A stretch of 64,000 bases of DNA from the human T2T-CHM13v2.0 reference genome, Homo sapiens. Location of the stretch: assembly GCF_009914755.1 (NCBI RefSeq), contig NC_060932.1; one strand, given 5' to 3'. This document shows, in pieces, positions 42,101-55,500 of the stretch (positions are counted from its first letter, which is position 1; the number at the start of each line of letters is the position of its first letter). A model generated the notes under the pieces. It made no database searches and was not told the DNA's origin. It saw nothing but the letters and a program-made list of their open reading frames with translations. The translations under genes were made by a program, and so were the position numbers.

Positions 42101-43144
42101 TCATAGAAAATTTAGACAGAAGCATTCTCAGAACCTTGATTGTGATGTGTGTTCTCCACTAACAGAGTTGAACCTTTCTTTTGACAGAACTGTTCTGAAA
42201 CATTCTTTTTATAGAATCTGGAAGTGGATATTTGGAAAGCTTTGAGGATTTCGTTGGAAACGGGAATATCTTCAAATCAAATCTAGCCAGAAGCATTCTA
42301 AGAAACATCTTAGGGATGTTTACATTCAAGTCACAGAGTTGAACATTCCCTTTCACAGAGCAGGTTTGAAACAATCTTCTCGTACTATCTGGCAGTGGAC
42401 ATTTTGAGCTCCTTGGGGCCTATGCTGAAAAAGGAAATATCTTCCGACAAAAACTAGACAGAAGCATTCGCAGAATCACGTTTGTGATGTGTGCACTCAA
42501 CTGTCAGAATTGAACCTTGGTTTGGACAGAGCACTTTTGAAACACTCTTTTTGTAGAATCTGCAGGTGGATATTTGGCTAGCTTTGAGGATTTCGTTGGA
42601 AACGGTAATGTCTTCAAAGAAAATCTAGACAGAAGCATTCTCAGAAACACCTTCGTGATGTTTGCAATCAAGTCACAGAGTTGAACCTTCCGTTTCATAG
42701 AGCAGGTTGGAAACACTCTTTTTGTAGTATCTGGAAGTGGACATTTGGAGGGCTTTGTAGCCTATCTGGAAAAAGGAAATATCTTCCCATGAATGCGAGA
42801 TAGAAGTAATCTCAGAAACATGTTTATGCTGTATCTACTCAACTAACTGTGCTGAACATTTCTATTGATAGAGCAGTTTTGAGACACTCTTCTTTTGGAA
42901 TCTGCAAGTGGATATTTGGATAGATTTGAGGATTTCGTTGGAAACGGGATTATATATCAAAAGTAGACAGCAGCATTCTCAGAAACTTCTTTGTGATGTT
43001 TGCATCCAGCTCTCAGAGTTGAACATTCCCTTTCATAGAGTAGGTTTGAAACCCTCTTTTTATAGTGTCTGGAAGCGGGCATTTGGAGCGCTTTCAGGCC
43101 TATGCTGAAAAAGGAAATATCTACCTATAGAAACTAGACAGAAG
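12127..43144 (+). repeat. Pure 7-mer HOR block, 26 consecutive units with no net indel
   Basis: 31018 = 26x1193 exactly; ORF track spacing is constant at 1193. Confidence 0.95.
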
Positions 43145-45188
43145 CATTCTGAGAATCACGTTTGTGATGTGGGTACTCAACTAACAGTGTTGATCCATTC
43201 TTTTGATACAGCAGTTTTGAACCACACTTTTTGTAGAATCTGGAAGTGGATATTTGGAAAGCTTTGAGGATTTCGTTGGAAACGGGAATATCTTCAAATA
43301 AAATCTAGCCAGAAGCATTCTAAGAAACATCTTAGGGATGTTTACATTCAAGTCACAGAGTTGAACATTCCCTTTCACAGAGCAGGTTTGAAACAATCTT
43401 CTCGTACTATCTGGCAGTGGACATTTTGAGCTCCTTGGGGCCTATGCTGAAAAAGGAAATATCTTCCGACAAAAACTAGACAGAAGCATTCGCAGAATCA
43501 CGTTTGTGATGTGTGCACTCAACTGTCAGAATTGAACCTTGGTTTGGACAGAGCACTTTTGAAACACTCTTTTTGTAGAATCTGCAGGTGGATATTTGGC
43601 TGGCTTTGAGGATTTCGTTGGAAACGGTAATGTCTTCAAAGAAAATCTAGACAGAAGCATTCTCAGAAACACCTTCGTGATGTTTGCAATCAAGTCACAG
43701 AGTTGAACCTTCCGTTTCATAGAGCAGGTTGGAAACACTCTTTTTGTAGTATCTGGAAGTGGACATTTGGAGGGCTTTGTAGCCTATCTGGAAAAAGGAA
43801 ATATCTTCCCATGAATGCGAGATAGAAGTAATCTCAGAAACATGTTTATGCTGTATCTACTCAACTAACTGTGCTGAACATTTCTATTGATAGAGCAGTT
43901 TTGAGACACTCTTCTTTTGGAATCTGCAAGTGGATATTTGGATAGATTTGAGGATTTCGTTGGAAACGGGATTATATATCAAAAGTAGACAGCAGCATTC
44001 TCAGAAACTTCTTTGTGATGTTTGCATCCAGCTCTCAGAGTTGAACATTCCCTTTCATAGAGTAGGTTTGAAACCCTCTTTTTATAGTGTCTGGAAGCGG
44101 GCATTTGGAGCGCTTTCAGGCCTATGCTGAAAAAGGAAATATCTACCTATAGAAACTAGACAGAAGCATTCTGAGAATCACGTTTGTGATGTGGGTACTC
44201 AACTAACAGTGTTGATCCATTCTTTTGATACAGCAGTTTTGAACCACACTTTTTGTAGAATCTGGAAGTGGATATTTGGAAAGCTTTGAGGATTTCGTTG
44301 GAAACGGGAATATCTTCAAATAAAATCTAGCCAGAAGCATTCTAAGAAACATCTTAGGGATGTTTACATTCAAGTCACAGAGTTGAACATTCCCTTTCAC
44401 AGAGCAGGTTTGAAACAATCTTCTCGTACTATCTGGCAGTGGACATTTTGAGCTCCTTGGGGCCTATGCTGAAAAAGGAAATATCTTCCGACAAAAACTA
44501 GACAGAAGCATTCGCAGAATCACGTTTGTGATGTGTGCACTCAACTGTCAGAATTGAACCTTGGTTTGGACAGAGCACTTTTGAAACACTCTTTTTGTAG
44601 AATCTGCAGGTGGATATTTGGCTAGCTTTGAGGATTTCGTTGGAAACGGTAATGTCTTCAAAGAAAATCTAGACAGAAGCATTCTCAGAAACACCTTCGT
44701 GATGTTTGCAATCAAGTCACAGAGTTGAACCTTCCGTTTCATAGAGCAGGTTGGAAACACTCTTTTTGTAGTATCTGGAAGTGGACATTTGGAGGGCTTT
44801 GTAGCCTATCTGGAAAAAGGAAATATCTTCCCATGAATGCGAGATAGAAGTAATCTCAGAAACATGTTTATGCTGTATCTACTCAACTAACTGTGCTGAA
44901 CATTTCTATTGATAGAGCAGTTTTGAGACACTCTTCTTTTGGAATCTGCAAGTGGATATTTGGATAGATTTGAGGATTTCGTTGGAAACGGGATGATATA
45001 TAAAAAGTAGACAGCAGCATTCTCAGAAACTTCTTTGTGATGTTTGCATCCAGCTCTCAGAGTTGAACATTCCCTTTCATAGAGTAGGTTTGAAACCCTC
45101 TTTTTATAGTGTCTGGAAGCGGGCATTTGGAGCGCTTTCAGGCCTATGCTGAAAAAGGAAATATCTACCTATGGAAACTAGACAGAAG
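43145..45188 (+). repeat. Two tandem 6-mer HOR variants (1022 bp each) with a hybrid M7/M1 monomer
   Basis: M7-type starts at 43145, 44167 and 45189. The sequence reads ACCACACTTTTTGTAGAATC (M7) and then TGGAAGTGGATATTTGGAAAGCTTTG (M1). The ORF track shows chimeric ORFs at 43181 and 44203. Confidence 0.95.
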
Positions 45189-48100
45189 CATTCTGAGAAT
45201 CACGTTTGTGATGTGGGTACTCAACTAACAGTGTTGATCCATTCTTTTGATACAGCAGTTTTGAACCACACTTTTTGTAGAATCTGCAAGTGGATATTTG
45301 GATAGCTGTGAGGATTTCGTTGGAAACGGGAATGTCTTCATAGAAAATTTAGACAGAAGCATTCTCAGAACCTTGATTGTGATGTGTGTTCTCCACTAAC
45401 AGAGTTGAACCTTTCTTTTGACAGAACTGTTCTGAAACATTCTTTTTATAGAATCTGGAAGTGGATATTTGGAAAGCTTTGAGGATTTCGTTGGAAACGG
45501 GAATATCTTCAAATCAAATCTAGCCAGAAGCATTCTAAGAAACATCTTAGGGATGTTTACATTCAAGTCACAGAGTTGAACATTCCCTTTCACAGAGCAG
45601 GTTTGAAACAATCTTCTCGTACTATCTGGCAGTGGACATTTTGAGCTCCTTGGGGCCTATGCTGAAAAAGGAAATATCTTCCGACAAAAACTAGACAGAA
45701 GCATTCGCAGAATCACGTTTGTGATGTGTGCACTCAACTGTCAGAATTGAACCTTGGTTTGGACAGAGCACTTTTGAAACACTCTTTTTGTAGAATCTGC
45801 AGGTGGATATTTGGCTAGCTTTGAGGATTTCGTTGGAAACGGTAATGTCTTCAAAGAAAATCTAGACAGAAGCATTCTCAGAAACACCTTCGTGATGTTT
45901 GCAATCAAGTCACAGAGTTGAACCTTCCGTTTCATAGAGCAGGTTGGAAACACTCTTTGTAGTATCTGGAAGTGGACATTTGGAGGGCTTTGTAGCCTAT
46001 CTGGAAAAAGGAAATATCTTCCCATGAATGCGAGATAGAAGTAATCTCAGAAACATGTTTATGCTGTATCTACTCAACTAACTGTGCTGAACATTTCTAT
46101 TGATAGAGCAGTTTTGAGACACTCTTCTTTTGGAATCTGCAAGTGGATATTTGGATAGATTTGAGGATTTCGTTGGAAACGGGATTATATATCAAAAGTA
46201 GACAGCAGCATTCTCAGAAACTTCTTTGTGATGTTTGCATCCAGCTCTCAGAGTTGAACATTCCCTTTCATAGAGTAGGTTTGAAACCCTCTTTTTATAG
46301 TGTCTGGAAGCGGGCATTTGGAGCGCTTTCAGGCCTATGCTGAAAAAGGAAATATCTACCTATAGAAACTAGACAGAAGCATTCTGAGAATCACGTTTGT
46401 GATGTGGGTACTCAACTAACAGTGTTGATCCATTCTTTTGATACAGCAGTTTTGAACCACACTTTTTGTAGAATCTGCAAGTGGATATTTGGATAGCTGT
46501 GAGGATTTCGTTGGAAACGGGAATGTCTTCATAGAAAATTTAGACAGAAGCATTCTCAGAACCTTGATTGTGATGTGTGTTCTCCACTAACAGAGTTGAA
46601 CCTTTCTTTTGACAGAACTGTTCTGAAACATTCTTTTTATAGAATCTGGAAGTGGATATTTGGAAAGCTTTGAGGATTTCGTTGGAAACGGGAATATCTT
46701 CAAATAAAATCTAGCCAGAAGCATTCTAAGAAACATCTTAGGGATGTTTACATTCAAGTCACAGAGTTGAACATTCCCTTTCACAGAGCAGGTTTGAAAC
46801 AATCTTCTCGTACTATCTGGCAGTGGACATTTTGAGCTCCTTGGGGCCTATGCTGAAAAAGGAAATATCTTCCGACAAAAACTAGACAGAAGCATTCGCA
46901 GAATCACGTTTGTGATGTGTGCACTCAACTGTCAGAATTGAACCTTGGTTTGGACAGAGCACTTTTGAAACACTCTTTTTGTAGAATCTGCAGGTGGATA
47001 TTTGGCTAGCTTTGAGGATTTCGTTGGAAACGGTAATGTCTTCAAAGAAAATCTAGACAGAAGCATTCTCAGAAACACCTTCGTGATGTTTGCAATCAAG
47101 TCACAGAGTTGAACCTTCCGTTTCATAGAGCAGGTTGGAAACACTCTTTTTGTAGTATCTGGAAGTGGACATTTGGAGGGCTTTGTAGCCTATCTGGAAA
47201 AAGGAAATATCTTCCCATGAATGCGAGATAGAAGTAATCTCAGAAACATGTTTATGCTGTATCTACTCAACTAACTGTGCTGAACATTTCTATTGATAGA
47301 GCAGTTTTGAGACACTCTTCTTTTGGAATCTGCAAGTGGATATTTGGATAGATTTGAGGATTTCGTTGGAAACGGGATTATATATCAAAAGTAGACAGCA
47401 GCATTCTCAGAAACTTCTTTGTGATGTTTGCATCCAGCTCTCAGAGTTGAACATTCCCTTTCATAGAGTAGGTTTGAAACCCTCTTTTTATAGTGTCTGG
47501 AAGCGGGCATTTGGAGCGCTTTCAGGCCTATGCTGAAAAAGGAAATATCTACCTATAGAAACTAGACAGAAGCATTCTGAGAATCACGTTTGTGATGTGG
47601 GTACTCAACTAACAGTGTTGATCCATTCTTTTGATACAGCAGTTTTGAACCACACTTTTTGTAGAATCTGCAAGTGGATATTTGGATAGCTGTGAGGATT
47701 TCGTTGGAAACGGGAATGTCTTCATAGAAAATTTAGACAGAAGCATTCTCAGAACCTTGATTGTGATGTGTGTTCTCCACTAACAAAGTTGAACCTTTCT
47801 TTTGACAGAACTGTTCTGAAACATTCTTTTTATAGAATCTGGAAGTGGATATTTGGAAAGCTTTGAGGATTTCGTTGGAAACGGGAATATCTTCAAATCA
47901 AATCTAGCCAGAAGCATTCTAAGAAACATCTTAGGGATGTTTACATTCAAGTCACAGAGTTGAACATTCCCTTTCACAGAGCAGGTTTGAAACAATCTTC
48001 TCGTACTATCTGGCAGTGGACATTTTGACCTCCTTGGGGCCTATGCTGAAAAAGGAAATATCTTCCGACAAAAACTAGACAGAAGCATTCGCAGAATCAC

Positions 48101-49959
48101 GTTTGTGATGTGTGCACTCAACTGTCAGAATTGAACCTTGGTTTGGACAGAGCACTTTTGAAACACTCTTTTTGTAGAATCTGCAGGTGGATATTTGGCT
48201 AGCTTTGAGGATTTCGTTGGAAACGGTAATGTCTTCAAAGAAAATCTAGACAGAAGCATTCTCAGAAACACCTTCGTGATGTTTGCAATCAAGTCACAGA
48301 GTTGAACCTTCCGTTTCATAGAGCAGGTTGGAAACACTCTTTTTGTAGTATCTGGAAGTGGACATTTGGAGGGCTTTGTAGCCTATCTGGAAAAAGGAAA
48401 TATCTTCCCATGAATGCGAGATAGAAGTAATCTCAGAAACATGTTTATGCTGTATCTACTCAACTAACTGTGCTGAACATTTCTATTGATAGAGCAGTTT
48501 TGAGACACTCTTCTTTTGGAATCTGCAAGTGGATATTTGGATAGATTTGAGGATTTCGTTGGAAACGGGATTATATATCAAAAGTAGACAGCAGCATTCT
48601 CAGAAACTTCTTTGTGATGTTTGCATCCAGCTCTCAGAGTTGAACATTCCCTTTCATAGAGTAGGTTTGAAACCCTCTTTTTATAGTGTCTGGAAGCGGG
48701 CATTTGGAGCGCTTTCAGGCCTATGCTGAAAAAGGAAATATCTACCTACAGAAACTAGACAGAAGCATTCTGAGAATCACGTTTGTGATGTGGGTACTCA
48801 ACTAACAGTGTTGATCCATTCTTTTGATACAGCAGTTTTGAACCACACTTTTTGTAGAATCTGCAAGTGGATATTTGGATAGCTGTGAGGATTTCGTTGG
48901 AAACGGGAATGTCTTCATAGAAAATTTAGACAGAAGCATTCTCAGAACCTTGATTGTGATGTGTGTTCTCCACTAACAGAGTTGAACCTTTCTTTTGACA
49001 GAACTGTTCTGAAACATTCTTTTTATAGAATCTGGAAGTGGATATTTGGAAAGCTTTGAGGATTTCGTTGGAAACGGGAATATCTTCAAATCAAATCTAG
49101 CCAGAAGCATTCTAAGAAACATCTTAGGGATGTTTACATTCAAGTCACAGAGTTGAACATTCCCTTTCACAGAGCAGGTTTGAAACAATCTTCTCGTACT
49201 ATCTGGCAGTGGACATTTTGAGCTCCTTGGGGCCTATGCTGAAAAAGGAAATATCTTCCGACAAAAACTAGACAGAAGCATTCGCAGAATCACGTTTGTG
49301 ATGTGTGCACTCAACTGTCAGAATTGAACCTTGGTTTGGACAGAGCACTTTTGAAACACTCTTTTTGTAGAATCTGCAGGTGGATATTTGGCTAGCTTTG
49401 AGGATTTCGTTGGAAACGGTAATGTCTTCAAAGAAAATCTAGACAGAAGCATTCTCAGAAACACCTTCGTGATGTTTGCAATCAAGTCACAGAGTTGAAC
49501 CTTCCGTTTCATAGAGCAGGTTGGAAACACTCTTTTTGTAGTATCTGGAAGTGGACATTTGGAGGGCTTTTTAGCCTATCTGGAAAAAGGAAATATCTTC
49601 CCATGAATGCGAGATAGAAGTAATCTCAGAAACATGTTTATGCTGTATCTACTCAACTAACTGTGCTGAGCATTTCTATTGATAGAGCAGTTTTGAGACA
49701 CTCTTCTTTTGGAATCTGCAAGTGGATATTTGGATAGATTTGAGGATTTCGTTGGAAACGGGATTATATATAAAAAGTAGACAGCAGCATTCTCAGAAAC
49801 TTCTTTGTGATGTTTGCATCCAGCTCTCAGAGTTGAACATTCCCTTTCATAGAGTAGGTTTGAAACCCTCTTTTTATAGTGTCTCGAAGCGGGCATTTGG
49901 AGCGCTTTCAGGCCTATGCTTAAAATAGGAAATATCTACCTACAGAAACTAGACAGAAG
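45189..49959 (+). repeat. 7-mer HOR run, 4 units (one 2-bp deletion near 45956, one 1-bp gain near 49920)
   Basis: 4771 = 4x1193 - 2 + 1. Confidence 0.93.
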
Positions 49960-51314
49960 CATTCTGAGAATCACGTTTGTGATGTGGGTACTCAACTAAC
50001 AGTGTTGATCCATTCTTTTGATACAGCAGTTTTGAACCACACTTTTTGTAGAATCTGCAAGAGGATATTTGGATAGCTGTGAGGATTTCGTTGGAAACGG
50101 GAATGTCTTTAAAGAAAATCTAGACAGAAACATTCTCAGAAACACCTTCATGATGTTTGCAATCAAGTCACAGAGTTGAACCTTCCGTTTCATAGAGCAG
50201 GTTGGAAACACTCTTTTTGTAGTATCTGGAAGTGGACATTTGGAGCGCTTTCAGGCCTATGGTGAAAAAGGAAATATCTTCCCATAAAAACGACATAGAA
50301 GCTATCTCAGGATCTTGTTTATGATGCATCTAATCAACTAACAGTGTTGAACCTTTGTACTGACAGAGCACTTTGAAACACTCTTTTTTTGGAATCTGCA
50401 AGTGGATATTTGGATCGCTTTGAGGATTTCGTTGGAAACGGGATGCAATATAAAACGTACACAGCAGCATACTCAGAAAATACTTTGCCATATTTCCATT
50501 CAAGTCACAGAGTGGAACATTCCCATTCATAGAGCAGGTTTGAAACACTCTTTTTGGAGTATCTGGAAGTGGACATTTGGAGCGCTTTCTGAACTATGGT
50601 GAAAAAGGAAATATCTTCCAATGAAAACAAGACAGAAGCATTCTGAGAAACTTCTTTGTGATGTGTGTCCTCAACAAACGGACTTGAACCTTTCGTTTCA
50701 TGCAGTACTTCTGGAACACTCTTTTTGAAGATTCTGCATGCGGATATTTGGATAGCTTTGAGGATTTCGTTGGAAACGGGCTTACATGTAAAAATTAGAC
50801 AGCAGCATTCTCAGAAACTTCTTTGTGGTGTCTGCATTCAAGTCACAGAATTGAACTTCCCCTCACATAGAGCAGTTGTGCAGCACTCTATTTGTAGTAT
50901 CTGGAAGTGGACATTTGGAGGGCTTTGTAGCCTATCTGGAAAAAGGAAATATCTTCCCATGAATGCGAGATAGAAGTAATCTCAGAAACATGTTTATGCT
51001 GTATGTACTCAACTAACTGTGCTGAACATTTCTATTGATAGAGCAGTTTTGAGACACTCTTCTTTTGGAATCTGCAAGTGGATATTTGGATAGATTTGAG
51101 GATTTCGTTGGAAACGGGATTATATATCAAAAGTAGACAGCAGCATTCTCAGAAACTTCTTTGTGATGTTTGCATCCAGCTCTCAGAGTTGAACATTCCC
51201 TTTCATAGAGTAGGTTTGAAACCCTCTTTTTATAGTGTCTGGAAGCGGGCATTTGGAGCGCTTTCAGGCCTATGCTGAAAAAGGAAATATCTACCTATAG
51301 AAACTAGACAGAAG
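49960..51314 (+). repeat. 8-mer HOR variant copy 3
   Basis: Contains X1-X4; 1355 bp. Confidence 0.95.
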
Positions 51315-52508
51315 CATTCTGAGAATCACGTTTGTGATGTGGGTACTCAACTAACAGTGTTGATCCATTCTTTTGATACAGCAGTTTTGAACCACACTTT
51401 TTGTAGAATCTGCAAGTGGATATTTGGATAGCTGTGAGGATTTCGTTGGAAACGGGAATGTCTTCATAGAAAATTTAGACAGAAGCATTCTCAGAACCTT
51501 GATTGTGATGTGTGTTCTCCACTAACAGAGTTGAACCTTTCTTTTGACAGAACTGTTCTGAAACATTCTTTTTATAGAATCTGGAAGTGGATATTTGGAA
51601 AGCTTTGAGGATTTCGTTGGAAACGGGAATATCTTCAAATAAAATCTAGCCAGAAGCATTCTAAGAAACATCTTAGGGATGTTTACATTCAAGTCACAGA
51701 GTTGAACATTCCCTTTCACAGAGCAGGTTTGAAACAATCTTCTCGTACTATCTGGCAGTGGACATTTTGAGCTCCTTGGGGCCTATGCTGAAAAAGGAAA
51801 TATCTTCCGACAAAAACTAGACAGAAGCATTCGCAGAATCACGTTTGTGATGTGTGCACTCAACTGTCAGAATTGAACCTTGGTTTGGACAGAGCACTTT
51901 TGAAACACTCTTTTTGTAGAATCTGCAGGTGGATATTTGGCTAGCTTTGAGGATTTCGTTGGAAACGGTAATGTCTTCAAAGAAAATCTAGACAGAAGCA
52001 TTCTCAGAAACACCTTCGTGATGTTTGCAATCAAGTCACAGAGTTGAACCTTCCGTTTCATAGAGCAGGTTGGAAACACTCTTTTTGTAGTATCTGGAAG
52101 TGGACATTTGGAGGGCTTTGTAGCCTATCTGGAAAAAGGAAATATCTTCCCATGAATGCGAGATAGAAGTAATCTCAGAAACATGTTTATGCTGTATCTA
52201 CTCAACTAACTGTGCTGAACATTTCTATTGATAGAGCAGTTTTGAGACACTCTTCTTTTGGAATCTGCAAGTGGATATTTGGATAGATTTGAGGATTTCG
52301 TTGGAAACGGGATTATATATAAAAAGTAGACAGCAGCATTCTCAGAAACTTCTTTGTGATGTTTGCATCCAGCTCTCAGAGTTGAACATTCCCTTTCATA
52401 GAGTAGGTTTGAAACCCTCTTTTTATAGTGTCTGGAAGCGGGCATTTGGAGCGCTTTCAGGCCTATGCTTAAAATAGGAAATATCTACCTACAGAAACTA
52501 GACAGAAG
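51315..52508 (+). repeat. Single 7-mer unit (1194 bp) between 8-mers
   Basis: M7,M1-M6 order, ending in the TTAAAATAGG variant of M6. Confidence 0.93.
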
Positions 52509-55500
52509 CATTCTGAGAATCACGTTTGTGATGTGGGTACTCAACTAACAGTGTTGATCCATTCTTTTGATACAGCAGTTTTGAACCACACTTTTTGTAG
52601 AATCTGCAAGAGGATATTTGGATAGCTGTGAGGATTTCGTTGGAAACGGGAATGTCTTCAAAGAAAATCTAGACAGAAGCATTCTGAGGAACACCTTCGT
52701 GATGTTTGCAATCAAGTCACAGAGTTGAACCTTCCGTTTCATAGAGCAGGTTGGAAACACTCTTATTGTAGTATCTGGAAGTGGACATTTGGAGCGCTTT
52801 CAGGCCTATGGTGAAAAAGGAAATATCTTCCCATAAAAACGACATAGAAGCTGTCTCAGGAACTTGTTTATGATGCATCTAATCAACTAACAGTGTTGAA
52901 CCTTTGTACTGACAGAGCAGTTTGAAACACTCTTTTTTTGGAATCGGCAAGTGGATATTTGGATCGCTTTGAGGATTTCGTTGGAAACGGGATGCAATAT
53001 AAAACGTACACAGCAGCATACTCAGAAAATACTTTGCCATATTTCCATTCAAGTCACAGAGTGGAACATTCCCATTCATAGAGCAGGTTTGAAACACTCT
53101 TTTTGGAGTATCTGGAAGTGGACATTTGGAGCGCTTTCTGAACTATGGTGAAAAAGGAAATATCTTCCAATGAAAACAAGACAGAAGCATTCTGAGAAAC
53201 TTATTTGTGATGTGTGTCCTCAACAAACGGACTTGAACCTTTCGTTTCATGCAGTACTTCTGGAACACTCTTTTTGAAGATTCTGCATGCGGATATTTGG
53301 ATAGCTTTGAGGATTTCGTTGGAAACGGGCTTACATGTAAAAATTAGACAGCAGCATTCTCAGAAACTTCTTTGTGGTGTCTGCATTCAAGTCACAGAAT
53401 TGAACTTCCCCTCACATAGAGCAGTTGTGCAGCACTCTATTTGTAGTATCTGGAAGTGGACATTTGGAGGGCTTTGTAGCCTATCTGGAAAAAGGAAATA
53501 TCTTCCCATGAATGCAAGATAGAAGTAATCTCAGAAACATGTTTATGCTGTATCTACTCAACTAACTGTGCTGAACATTTCTATTGATAGAGCAGTTTTG
53601 AGACACTCTTCTTTTGGAATCTGCAAGTGGATATTTGGATAGATTTGAGGATTTCGTTGGAAACGGGATTATATATAAAAAGTAGACAGCAGCATTCTCA
53701 GAAACTTCTTTGTGATGTTTGCATCCAGCTCTCAGAGTTGAACATTCCCTTTCATAGAGTAGGTTTGAAACCCTCTTTTTATAGTGTCTGGAAGCGGGCA
53801 TTTGGAGCGCTTTCAGGCCTATGCTTAAAATAGGAAATATCTACCTACAGAAACTAGACAGAAGCATTCTGAGAATCACGTTTGTGATGTGGGTACTCAA
53901 CTAACAGTGTTGATCCATTCTTTTGATACAGCAGTTTTGAACCACACTTTTTGTAGAATCTGCAAGAGGATATTTGGATAGCTGTGAGGATTTCATTGGA
54001 AACGGGAATGTCTTCAAAGAAAATCTAGACAGAAGCATTCTCAGAAACACCTTCGTGATGTTTGCAATCAAGTCACAGAGTTGAACCTTCCGTTTCATAG
54101 AGCAGGTTGGAAACACTCTTATTGTAGTATCTGGAAGTGGACATTTGGAGCGCTTTCAGGCCTATGGTGAAAAAGGAAATATCTTCCCATAAAAACGACA
54201 TAGAAGCTATCTCAGGAACTTGTTTATGATGCATCTAATCAACTAACAGTGTTGAACCTTTCTACTGACAGAGCAGTTTGAAACACTCTTTTTTTGGAAT
54301 CTGCAAGTGGATATTTGGATCACTTTGAGGATTTCGTTGGAAACGGGATGCAATATAAAACGTACACAGCAGCATACTCAGAAAATACTTTGCCATGTTT
54401 CCATTCAAGTCACAGAGTGGAACATTCCCATTCATAGAGCAGGTTGGAAACACTCTTTTTGGAGTATCTGGAAGTGGACATTTGGAGCGCTTTCTGAACT
54501 ATGGTGAAAAAGGAAATATCTTCCAATGAAAACAAGACAGAAGCATTCTGAGAAACTTATTTGTGATGTGTGTCCTCAACAAACGGACTTGAACCTTTCG
54601 TTTCATGCAGTACTTCTGGAACACTCTTTTTGAAGATTCTGCATGCGGATATTTGGATAGCTTTGAGGATTTCGTTGGAAACGGCCTTACATGTAAAAAT
54701 TAGACAGCAGCATTCTCAGAAACTTCTTTGTGGTGTCTGCATTCAAGTCACAGAATTGAACTTCCCCTCACATAGAGCAGTTGTGCAGCACTCTATTTGT
54801 AGTATCTGGAAGTGGACATTTGGAGGGCTTTGTAGCCTATCTGGAAAAAGGAAATATCTTCCCATGAATGCGAGATAGAAGTAATCTCAGAAACGTGTTT
54901 ATGCTGTATCTACTCAACTAACTGTGCTGAACATTTCTATTGATAGAGCAGTTTTGAGACACTCTTCTTTTGGAATCTGCAAGTGGATATTTGGATAGAT
55001 TTGAGGATTTCGTTGGAAACGGGATTATATATAAAAAGTAGACAGCAGCATTCTCAGAAACTTCTTTGTGATGTTTGCATCCAGCTCTCAGAGTTGAACA
55101 TTCCCTTTCATAGAGTAGGTTTGAAACCCTCTTTTTATAGTGTCTGGAAGCGGGCATTTGGAGCGCTTTCAGGCCTATGCTTAAAATAGGAAATATCTAC
55201 CTACAGAAACTAGACAGAAGCATTCTGAGAATCACGTTTGTGATGTGGGTACTCAACTAACAGTGTTGATCCATTCTTTTGATACAGCAGTTTTGAACCA
55301 CACTTTTTGTAGAATCTGCAAGAGGATATTTGGATAGCTGTGAGGATTTCGTTGGAAACGGGAATGTCTTCAAAGAAAATCTAGACAGAAGCATTCTCAG
55401 AAACACCTTCGTGATGTTTGCAATCAAGTCACAGAGTTGAACCTTCCGTTTCATAGAGCAGGTTGGAAACACTCTTATTGTAGTATCTGGAAGTGGACAT

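Noticed and set aside
45741-46025. Longer 94-aa ORF variant and 2-bp deletion at ~45956
   Set aside because: It results from a T5>T3 homopolymer contraction in one copy. This is slippage or a sequencing error with no coding meaning.
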